This document shows, piece after piece, positions 54,785 to 64,000 of a DNA stretch of 64,000 nt (positions are counted from its first letter, which is position 1; each line of letters starts with the position of its first letter). Below the pieces are notes generated by a model. That model was not told where the DNA came from. It worked only from the letters and a program-made list of their open reading frames with translations, and did not search any database. The position numbers and the translations under genes were made by a program. The DNA comes from an uncultured Thermoplasmatales archaeon (GTDB lineage Archaea; Thermoplasmatota; E2; DHVEG-1). The stretch is taken from assembly GCA_964467345.1 (NCBI GenBank), contig CAYXPY010000007.1, positions 11,868-75,867 of the forward strand, read 5' to 3'.

Positions 54785-56260
54785 TTATCCTTTTACAACA
54801 CCCAGCGGTAGCAATTTTGCGACCTTTAAGGAGATACCAGCACCATGGGTGACATTTACTACTTCACTAACATCCTTGTATGCATCTGGTGCTTCCTCAG
54901 CCATGACCTTCCAACTCGCAGGGTGTGCATAAATACCCTTCTTTTTCAATTCGTTCATGATATGTTCTCCACGATATCGATGGACAGCTTCGGTTCTCGA
55001 CATGACTCTCCCCGCTCCGTGACAGGTGGACCCAAAGGTTTCTTCGGAATTTTTTGTTCCTCGAAGAAGATAACTTTCTGTACCCATATCCCCTGGGATA
55101 AGAACAGGTTGGCCGATATCTCGATATTTCAACGGAACCTCTGGTTTATCAGGACCAAACGATCGTGTCGCACCTTTCCGATGAACATAGACCTTTCGTT
55201 TCTTTCCTTCGATTTCATGTTCTTCGAGCTTTGCGATATTATGACAGACGTCATAGACGATACCCATATCTAAGTCCTCAGCTCTTTTAGTGAGTATCTT
55301 TTCAAAGGATTCCCGAACCCAATGCACTATCATCTGTCTGTTGCACCAGGCGAAGTTCGCTGCACATGCCATGGCCTTGAGATAATCTTGTCCCTCATTT
55401 GATGTAGTAGGAGCGCAAGCGAGCTGCCGATCGGGGAGCCATATATTATATTTTTTTACCGCTTGTTCAAGCACACGCAAATGATCGGTGCAAACTTGAT
55501 GACCAAATCCACGGGAACCCGTGTGGATCATCACCATGATTTGTCCGGTGTTTTTTATTCCAAATGTTTTCGCTGCTTTTTCATCATAAATCTCAGCGAC
55601 TTTTTGTATCTCTAAAAAGTGATTACCGGCACCAAGCGAACCAAGTTGTGGAGCCCCACGCTGCTTTGCTTCATTGGAGACTTTGGAGATATCCGCATGT
55701 TGTAGACAACCATGCTCCTCTATGTATTCCGCATCCTCCTTCCAACCGTATCCGTTCTCGATAGCCCATGTTGCACCAAGCATCAGGACATCATCCAGTT
55801 GCTTTCGATTAAGATGAACCTTTGCTTTTGAACCAAGGCCTGAGGGAACGTTGATGAACATCTCATCAACAAGGCGCTGTATCTTTGTTAAATCTAAATC
55901 CGTGATATGGAGATTTGTTCGTAATAAACGTACACCGCAGTTGATGTCATAGCCGACTCCACCAGGGGATATCACACCGTTTTCCTCATCCATGGCGGCT
56001 ACACCACCAATAGGGAATCCGTACCCCCAGTGAATATCAGGCATCGCTAATGATTTTCCGACAATACCCGGCAGCATGGTTACATTGGCGACCTGTTCAG
56101 GTGCATTATCCATGCGTATGCAGTTGATCATTCCATTGTTCGCGTAAATAACGCCGGATGTCTGCATATGGAGGTTTTTTTGAATACCTTGATAACTTGA
56201 AGGTATTTCAAAACGATACTCATTTATTTTCTGCAAAGGGCCATTCCAATTCATACTCAT
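54785..56260 (-). CDS. rtcB: RNA-splicing ligase RtcB
   Basis: GVGYDINCG, GAGNHFLEIQ, HTGSRGFG, CHGAGR RtcB metal/GMP-His motifs. 491 aa. Confidence 0.9.
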   Translation of the reverse strand: MSMNWNGPLQKINEYRFEIPSSYQGIQKNLHMQTSGVIYANNGMINCIRMDNAPEQVANVTMLPGIVGKSLAMPDIHWGYGFPIGGVAAMDEENGVISPGGVGYDINCGVRLLRTNLHITDLDLTKIQRLVDEMFINVPSGLGSKAKVHLNRKQLDDVLMLGATWAIENGYGWKEDAEYIEEHGCLQHADISKVSNEAKQRGAPQLGSLGAGNHFLEIQKVAEIYDEKAAKTFGIKNTGQIMVMIHTGSRGFGHQVCTDHLRVLEQAVKKYNIWLPDRQLACAPTTSNEGQDYLKAMACAANFAWCNRQMIVHWVRESFEKILTKRAEDLDMGIVYDVCHNIAKLEEHEIEGKKRKVYVHRKGATRSFGPDKPEVPLKYRDIGQPVLIPGDMGTESYLLRGTKNSEETFGSTCHGAGRVMSRTEAVHRYRGEHIMNELKKKGIYAHPASWKVMAEEAPDAYKDVSEVVNVTHGAGISLKVAKLLPLGVVKG

Positions 56261-56309
56261 TCTCTTTTTGCGAATAGAAAGAAGGATTATAAATACTGTG
56301 AGATAGAGA

Positions 56310-57764
56310 TTATCGCTTCTTCTTTAGATAGGGTATTCCGGTTTTTTTATTAACAGCGATGAGGTAACCTTCGGGAAGCTGGGTTTGTTGTCCGTTCTCT
56401 GGTTTTTCCTTGCTGAAAAAATGAATAGTTGTTTTTTTCCGGTCATCTGAACGGGATTCCCTTTTATAGAGCGTGTATTGTTTATAGATACAGACTTCAG
56501 AAGATGGCTGCTTCGTTATTTTCTTTTTCGGTGGATAGGATTCCCATTCTGCAGTATCTTTTAGTTTTTTTGATGATTTTTTCTTAACGAGAGTCTGCTT
56601 CATTGGAACAAACTCATCAGTGTCTGGGAGCGTTCTGCTCTGTCCGATTTCTTTTTTTATTTGTTTGGCCAACTTTCTTTTTATTCCACGGATTTGAACA
56701 AGATCTTCGAGGGTAGCATCTTTAAGATTTTCTATTGAGAAATATCCGTTCTTATAAAGGAGTTCTGCGGTTTTTTCATCGATGCACTCAATTCCTTTAA
56801 ATTCATAACGATACGCCTTTTCTTGAAGAGTCTCTACTGGTTCGAATGTGTCAATGTGTCCCTGTTGCTCCTCCTCGGATTTTACAAAAGGAGTCTGTTG
56901 TCGCATCATTTGTTTTTCTTCTTTTTCCCTTTGCGTTCTTTCTTTTTTTAAACGTTTCTGTTCTACTCTCTGGAGTTTTTTTGCTACTTTTTCTTTTTTC
57001 CGTTGTGTTCTTTTTAATCCGCGTATCTGCTGTCTTGTTAACATTTGATAGGAGGATTCAGATGGTTCTACGGGAAGAAAATCAACAGAGCTCTCCAGGG
57101 GTTCCTCTATTTGAAGCGTTGATTCTCTCTCCTGTGATTGGGAGCCCTGGGTGATGGTGACTTGTTCAAATTCTGGGGTACTTTCTGTCTTTTGTTGCTC
57201 GTACGAATCCTGAATGACGCTTCCCTGTTCATCAGTCACCGGTTGCCATTCTGGGAGTGATTCCTCCGGGGTTGAAGGTTTGTCGTATTGCGTCGTAAGT
57301 GCTCTTTCCTCTACGGACTGCAGAGGATGTTTAGGTGTGACTTCGATAAATTCTAATACATGTCGTTCCACTTTCTCAATTTCAAAAAGATCTTCAGTTT
57401 CAAATGAAATCTCAAGAGGGGTTGTTTGTTTCGATGAAACAGAGACCGATACGAGTTGAAATTCAGGCAGGGACACTGGGGATTCGAAGCTGGGTCGAAG
57501 TGATATCGAAGAAGGAGGAGGCGAACGAATCATTTCGTGGATGAACACCCTTGGTTCCATTGATGTATGCACGCGAAGAAGCTCGTTTGATGCCGGATGG
57601 GATACTACAGGAATCCCACTTAATCTTCTTCGAATTGACTCAAGAGCGGTATCATCTTTTGTAAGAAGCGAATGAAGAGCAGGGTCTGACGAGTTGTCCA
57701 AAATCCTCCGTAGTTTCAATAAATCATCTACTTTAGATTTTTTCTCTCGGGACATAATGTTCAC
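56310..57764 (-). CDS. Low-complexity Glu/Lys/Gln-rich protein with helix-hairpin-helix motif
   Basis: GIECIDEKTAELLYKNGYFSIENLKDATLEDLVQIRGIKRKLAKQIKKEIG HhH-like. Long charged repeats. Confidence 0.4.
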   Translation of the reverse strand: MNIMSREKKSKVDDLLKLRRILDNSSDPALHSLLTKDDTALESIRRRLSGIPVVSHPASNELLRVHTSMEPRVFIHEMIRSPPPSSISLRPSFESPVSLPEFQLVSVSVSSKQTTPLEISFETEDLFEIEKVERHVLEFIEVTPKHPLQSVEERALTTQYDKPSTPEESLPEWQPVTDEQGSVIQDSYEQQKTESTPEFEQVTITQGSQSQERESTLQIEEPLESSVDFLPVEPSESSYQMLTRQQIRGLKRTQRKKEKVAKKLQRVEQKRLKKERTQREKEEKQMMRQQTPFVKSEEEQQGHIDTFEPVETLQEKAYRYEFKGIECIDEKTAELLYKNGYFSIENLKDATLEDLVQIRGIKRKLAKQIKKEIGQSRTLPDTDEFVPMKQTLVKKKSSKKLKDTAEWESYPPKKKITKQPSSEVCIYKQYTLYKRESRSDDRKKTTIHFFSKEKPENGQQTQLPEGYLIAVNKKTGIPYLKKKR

Positions 57765-57869
57765 AGAGTATAAGATTCCACATATATTAATAAATTTCCT
57801 TCTGTAGATGGTTATTTTATTCCATTTTCTTTATAAATAGATGAATTAACAACATTATTAAGCAACTAG

Positions 57870-59267
<1,398 letters not shown>

Positions 59268-59275
<8 letters not shown>

Positions 59276-60554
59276 CCTTCTTTCGCAATCGGTCAAGAAG
59301 TTGCTTGGCGTAATCAAGTTTCACTTTTCCATCGGTAACAAGTTGGTCAGCCAACGTTTCGATTTCATCTCCTTGTGCACCAGCCATGACTGCGATGTTT
59401 TTCGCATGAAGCGACATATGACCTTTCTGGATACCAACGGTGGAAAGGGCAAAGACCGCGGCGAAGTTCTGAGCCAGACCAAGGCTTGCGACGACCTCAG
59501 CAAGCTCTCGAGCGGTTTGTATCCCAAGGATCTTTCTACAGAGTTTTGCCTTCGGATGCATATTCGCAGCACCACCAACGATACCAACTGCCAGAGGTAA
59601 CTCAATCTCGCCAACGAGGTCTCCATTCTCATTCTTATGATATCTCGTAAGGGATGTGTACTGCCCGTTTCGTGCGGCGTACGCATGAGCACCGGCTTCG
59701 ATCGCACGGAAATCATTTCCTGTAGCGATAATCAAAGCGTCAATCCCATTCATGATCCCCTTGTTATGGGTGGCTGCACGGTACGGATCAATGGATGCAA
59801 GGACATAGGATTCAAGAAACGCATCGACGACATGATCACCGCCCAGCTTTTCCTTATCAAAGATAGCGGTTGCTTTCACAAGCCTCTTATCTGCAAGATT
59901 GGAAAGAATCTTCAAACGAACCTTCCCCCCAGAAATTTCCTCTAACATCGGAGCAAGAGCTTCACACATCGTGTTTACCGCATTGGCCCCCATCGCATCA
60001 CGCACATCGACAATAAGATGAACCACGATCATCTTTCCAAGCGGACTATCCAGGATCCTGACTTCCAGGTCCTTAGCACCACCGCCAAAATCAACGAGGA
60101 TTTTATCCTGAGCATTCGCAAGCTTCAGAAGCTGTTCCTTATGCGATAAAATCTCTTGAGCTGAAGACACGACATCTGTGACCTGCAACAACTGCAGCTG
60201 ACCGATCATCAGAGGCTCAGAGCAGGTGGTAAAAAAACCTCCTTTGATTCGAGCGATCTTTGCTGCATTACTTGCCGCCGCAACGACACTTGATTCCTCG
60301 GTTGCCATCGGCAGAAGATACTCCTTGTCATTGATAAGAAAATTCACTGCTAACCCCAAGGGTAACTCAAAGGTCCCAAGGACGTTTTCAATCATACGAT
60401 CCGCTGTGGTAAGATCAAGACATGAGGAGAAAACCTTCATATCCTCTTCATTTAAGTTTACGAACTGGGAGACAAATTCTCTCCGTTTTTCGATGGGAAG
60501 TTTATAAAACCCTGAAACGACAGAAGTTTTTTTTGTAGCTGACATACCGTTCAT
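59268..60554 (-). CDS. hmgA: Hydroxymethylglutaryl-CoA reductase (class I, archaeal)
   Basis: DAMGANAVNTMCE, TGNDFRA, GTVGG-like VGIVGG motifs. 428 aa. Confidence 0.85.
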
Positions 60555-60592
60555 ACCTCCTTAATTACCCACCTAGAAAACATTCATTGTTT

Positions 60593-60847
60593 TTATAATT
60601 GTTTATCCTTTGAATGGATCTTCAATCGATTAAAAACTATCTCATCATCATAGAAAATCTTAAGAATGCGATGATAAGGGATACTTGCACGGGTTGTCTC
60701 CAGAAACGATTTCCCAATATCGATAATCTCATCACCCTTGATGCTTCTTGTGTTATGCAACGCTCCCCGGTGGATATACCATATTGTTACTTGTGACAAA
60801 CCCTTTGTCCATTTTATCTCATTAAGAATGTCTCGAACGTTTGGCAT
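60593..60847 (-). CDS. Small hypothetical protein (84 aa), possibly UPF0248/DUF504-like
   Basis: ORF abutting the MBL hydrolase gene (stop/start adjacent). RDILNEIKW N-terminal motif. Confidence 0.35.
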   Translation of the reverse strand: MPNVRDILNEIKWTKGLSQVTIWYIHRGALHNTRSIKGDEIIDIGKSFLETTRASIPYHRILKIFYDDEIVFNRLKIHSKDKQL

Positions 60848-61498
60848 CTACAACAACGACCGAATACTACGAAGCGATTCAAACACATGATCGGCGCCAT
60901 CTGTTTCAACAATAGGTCCATGACCAGGATAAAGGCATCGTATGTTAAGGTCTGATAATCGCTCTATGGATTGCAGTAATAAATCAAAATCACCGCCAGG
61001 AAAATCATACCGACCAAACCCACCATGAGCAAAAACGGTATCACCTGCGAAGAGAACCCCCTGGTCTTTACTATAGAAACAAAGACTTCCGATACTATGA
61101 CCAGGCGTGAACAAGACTTTAAAGGGTTCATCTCCAAGGATTACCTGTTGATTATCGGTCAATGGGACATCAATAGTAATTTTTGGCATCATTCCTCCAA
61201 TCATCTCAGCAAATGTGCTTTTCCCTTCCATTAGTTTGGAGACAACACGCTCATGAGCAAAGATTTTCGCAGCACCATTTGCAGCTTTGACAAAATCATT
61301 CACACCACCCACATGATCATAATGTTCATGTGTAAGTAGCACCTGTTTGATTTTTTTGAATGGAACAACTTCTTGAATTTTTTCAATAATCCACCGCGAA
61401 TACAAACCGGTCCCAGTATCAATTATTGTCGAAACCTTTCCCGGGACAAGATAAACATTAGAATCATAGTCTTTACCAAGAATAGTAAAAATATCCAT
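60848..61498 (-). CDS. MBL-fold metallo-hydrolase
   Basis: LLTHEHYDHVGG (HxHxDH). Downstream His/Asp ligands TPGHSIGS, GDTVF, PGHGP. Confidence 0.8.
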   Translation of the reverse strand: MDIFTILGKDYDSNVYLVPGKVSTIIDTGTGLYSRWIIEKIQEVVPFKKIKQVLLTHEHYDHVGGVNDFVKAANGAAKIFAHERVVSKLMEGKSTFAEMIGGMMPKITIDVPLTDNQQVILGDEPFKVLFTPGHSIGSLCFYSKDQGVLFAGDTVFAHGGFGRYDFPGGDFDLLLQSIERLSDLNIRCLYPGHGPIVETDGADHVFESLRSIRSLL

Positions 61499-61627
61499 AG
61501 ACGGGGAGATATATCTTATAAAGAAATAAGTTTATCGAAATTTTTAAGCGGTTCAATTTTATAAAAAAAACTGATAATAGTAACAATTAAATGTAGCATA
61601 TAGATATCCCATTAACTTGCGGGGAGT

Positions 61628-62701
61628 TTGAATATGAATCATGGAAATATTGTTCATGTTGTTGGAACAGGCACGATAGGAGAACCATTGATTGGGTTGT
61701 TATGCGATGCCAAAGACGATCTCGGGATCGACGAGGTAACTTTTTATAAACATAGCCCCACACTTGAAGATCGACCAAAGATAAAAGGAATGATAAACCG
61801 GGGCGCAAACCTTTCTGTCGCAGACGATAAAGTCAAGGAATTCCAGGAGCTTGGACTCGAACCAATGTACGGTGGCGAAGAAGCAATCAAGAGGGCCACT
61901 GTTATTATCGATTGCACCCCAAAAGGCACCGGGCTGATGAACAAAGAAAAATACTACAATAAATACAAAAATAAAATAAAAGGATTCATCGCCCAAGGTT
62001 CTGAATTTGGGTTCGGAAAGATGTATGCCCTTGGAATCAATGATGAAGCAATAACGAAAAAGGATCAATTCATTCATGTGGTAAGCTGCAACACCCATAA
62101 CATGGCTGTTCTTATTCACACCCTTGCCGTCGAAAAGAAAAAAAGTCACCTGAACGAAGGCCGATTCCTCTGTATCAGGAGGGCAAATGATATCAGCCAG
62201 GTGAAAAGTTTTGTTCCATCCCCCGAGGTTGGAACACATAAAGATGAGAAGATGGGCACGCACCATGCAGTCGATGTGTACCATCTCTACAAAACTTTAG
62301 GGATCAATGTCAACGTGTTTTCTAGTGCGATGAAACTAAACACACAGTACATGCACTGCATCTGGTATGACCTGAAACTTGATACGAAGATCACAAAAGA
62401 GGGGGCAATCAAGAAATTCATGCAAAACCCAAGAGTCGCAGTTACCTACAAAAAATCTGCAAATCTTGTGTTTTCTTTTGGAAGAGACCATGGCCATTAT
62501 GGAAGAATCCTTGATCAAACCGTTGTTGTTCTCCCAACAATCCACGTGATTAACGAAAACGAAATAATTGGTTTTTGTTTCACCCCGCAGGATGGAAATG
62601 CGCTTCTTAGCAGTATTGCCGCAACAGAACGATTCTTATATCCGGACAGTTACGAAGAGAAATTAAAATGCCTTGGTGCATTTCTGATGCAAGAAGTATA
62701 A
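61628..62701 (+). CDS. gap: Glyceraldehyde-3-phosphate dehydrogenase, archaeal type II (or close paralog)
   Basis: Rossmann VHVVGTGTIGEP. IDCTPKGTG..NKEKY...IAQGSE. Catalytic Cys context VVSCNTHN. GTHHAVDV. GGGGAG RBS. Overall collinear with archaeal GAPDH. Confidence 0.55.
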   Translation: MNMNHGNIVHVVGTGTIGEPLIGLLCDAKDDLGIDEVTFYKHSPTLEDRPKIKGMINRGANLSVADDKVKEFQELGLEPMYGGEEAIKRATVIIDCTPKGTGLMNKEKYYNKYKNKIKGFIAQGSEFGFGKMYALGINDEAITKKDQFIHVVSCNTHNMAVLIHTLAVEKKKSHLNEGRFLCIRRANDISQVKSFVPSPEVGTHKDEKMGTHHAVDVYHLYKTLGINVNVFSSAMKLNTQYMHCIWYDLKLDTKITKEGAIKKFMQNPRVAVTYKKSANLVFSFGRDHGHYGRILDQTVVVLPTIHVINENEIIGFCFTPQDGNALLSSIAATERFLYPDSYEEKLKCLGAFLMQEV

Positions 62702-62779
62702 AAACGTTTCAAAATACAATACTTCTACTTTTTCTTTCCATTACAAAAAATAAAAAAAGAAAGAGAGGGGGATCCTCGA

Positions 62780-64000
62780 TTAAGAGGAATATCCGCCAAA
62801 TCTCAAGCTTGCGTCACCGAAGAGGGCCCAGTTGGTGATACAGAAGGCTGCGAGCTGCTCGATGGTGTTTTCATTAAGGTATTTCGAGATGGCTTGGCTG
62901 TGGGCTTGTGCAAGGTTTGTCATATTGTTGTACCCGATGTGATAGAAGAAGTTCATCTCCAGCGCCGCGCTTAAGGTATCTGGGTCGTTTGAACTACCAA
63001 AGCCATATCCGGTACACCCTGTTGATGCAATCGCACCGCCACGGGCTTTTCTGACAAATCCCCAGGAGAAACAGTACGGAACTGGGAGACCATAACAGAA
63101 ATATCGACTGCGAGTTCTGTTGGTATCAAGCAATGCAGGGATCATTGAGACATTGTACAGACCATTGTGACACCCACCCACAATGACTACGGGTAATTTG
63201 TCACCATTGACGATAAACGGGAACAGGAAGATGTTCAGACCACCGGTCCAATCATCAGGATATTCACCGTCATGCCATATCGTATTCCATGAGTAAGGAT
63301 TCCCATGGCCTTCAAAATCAACAAACCCTGCGCCTTCGTTAAATGATTTAATGATATCCTTTGGGGTTGGTGTTCGTCCACCGGTGTCCCGATTCACCGT
63401 ATAACACCGTGTAAGGGTAAGACTTGGAATCGCGTTCTTGGTATAATTGTAGGCAAGGTCGGAGAGGTACTCGCCATCTGGTTTCCCCTGATAATACGCG
63501 AATGTTTTTCCACCGATACCCACGAAGTTATCATACCATGGTTTGTCTTCAGGACCAGAGCTTTCATATTTTATGATTTTTTTCACAATTGTGTTAACTT
63601 CTCGTGTGTTTGTGCAAGCTAATCGTGAGACATAGACTTCCGGGTACAAATCAAAGATATCTTTGGCAGCACCAGGTGCGTTCCAGGCAGCATACACGCC
63701 ATCACCATTGGAATCCCAGCTGTCGAAGACACCAGTCGCGTTATACAAACACCCGTAGTAATGGTCAGATAAACATCCTTCATCGTCTTGCTGCGGCATA
63801 CTGACGTATCGGACAGGGACCCACCATCCAGTCCATCCAGCAGAACGGGTGTCCTTATCATTTGCGAAGATATGGGATTTCAGACCGCCGACAAGAGTCA
63901 CATAGGTGATGTTCATCGTGTCATAAGCGTCTTTAATGAAATACTTCACCTGCTCAGGCTGATCAAAACCCTCATACTCAGCAAGAATATCCTCCATGGA
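62780..64000 (-). CDS. Secreted peptidase C25 (gingipain-like) paralog, C-terminal part; 5' end beyond window
   Basis: Open frame runs to the window end. FEGHGNPYSW and VIVGGCHNGLYN His/Cys dyad contexts. C-terminus FGGYSS. Relatively GC-rich like the 1-12.4 kb genes. Confidence 0.6.
   Translation of the reverse strand, partial: SMEDILAEYEGFDQPEQVKYFIKDAYDTMNITYVTLVGGLKSHIFANDKDTRSAGWTGWWVPVRYVSMPQQDDEGCLSDHYYGCLYNATGVFDSWDSNGDGVYAAWNAPGAAKDIFDLYPEVYVSRLACTNTREVNTIVKKIIKYESSGPEDKPWYDNFVGIGGKTFAYYQGKPDGEYLSDLAYNYTKNAIPSLTLTRCYTVNRDTGGRTPTPKDIIKSFNEGAGFVDFEGHGNPYSWNTIWHDGEYPDDWTGGLNIFLFPFIVNGDKLPVVIVGGCHNGLYNVSMIPALLDTNRTRSRYFCYGLPVPYCFSWGFVRKARGGAIASTGCTGYGFGSSNDPDTLSAALEMNFFYHIGYNNMTNLAQAHSQAISKYLNENTIEQLAAFCITNWALFGDASLRFGGYSS

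Noticed and set aside
56846-57459. Plus-strand ORFs (102, 66, 81 aa) inside the Glu/Lys-rich gene 56310..57764
   Set aside because: Mirror-strand artefacts of a low-complexity charged region. Phe/Leu/Ser-rich translations.

Overview
Archaeal chromosome segment. Housekeeping genes sit on a low-GC background of roughly 30-45% GC by eye.

Archaeal markers present:
- archaeal CoA pathway: pantoate kinase, CoaBC, phosphopantothenate synthetase
- RtcB
- aTrm56
- PAC2 proteasome assembly chaperone
- class I HMG-CoA reductase
- archaeal-type AspRS
- type II GAPDH
- four-subunit pyruvate:ferredoxin oxidoreductase porGDAB
- NikR and HypF
- Hjc-like resolvase
- two intron-less tRNAs

The accessory content is a set of large secreted proteins:
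- four paralogous C25 (gingipain-like) cysteine peptidases, two of them truncated by the window edges
- an M14 zinc carboxypeptidase
- a 1683-aa multi-domain adhesin-like giant
- a 588-aa beta-propeller/FN3 protein

These proteins share shuffled C-terminal modules: PKD, a CARDB-like beta-sandwich, and an Ig-like module ending in a Gln/Leu-rich tail.

The first ~12.4 kb carries four same-strand secreted-hydrolase genes and is visibly more GC-rich (about 45-55%) than the rest. It encodes one shared module in a different codon dialect from its paralog at 30.8 kb.

Two signalling neighbourhoods are present: 12.6-17.1 kb and 46.9-51.6 kb. Both combine single-domain response regulators, histidine kinases and PAS-only proteins. 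The first also carries an unrecognised ~110-aa repeat domain (3 copies in one protein, 1 copy in another).

No CRISPR arrays, IS elements, integrases or rRNA genes were seen. Terminators are oligo-T tracts; one has a perfect hairpin.

The ORF track missed the partial C25 gene at 1..1836 (minus strand) and a 55-aa Cys-rich ORF at 34937..35103. It also lists many spurious antisense ORFs inside the GC-rich genes.
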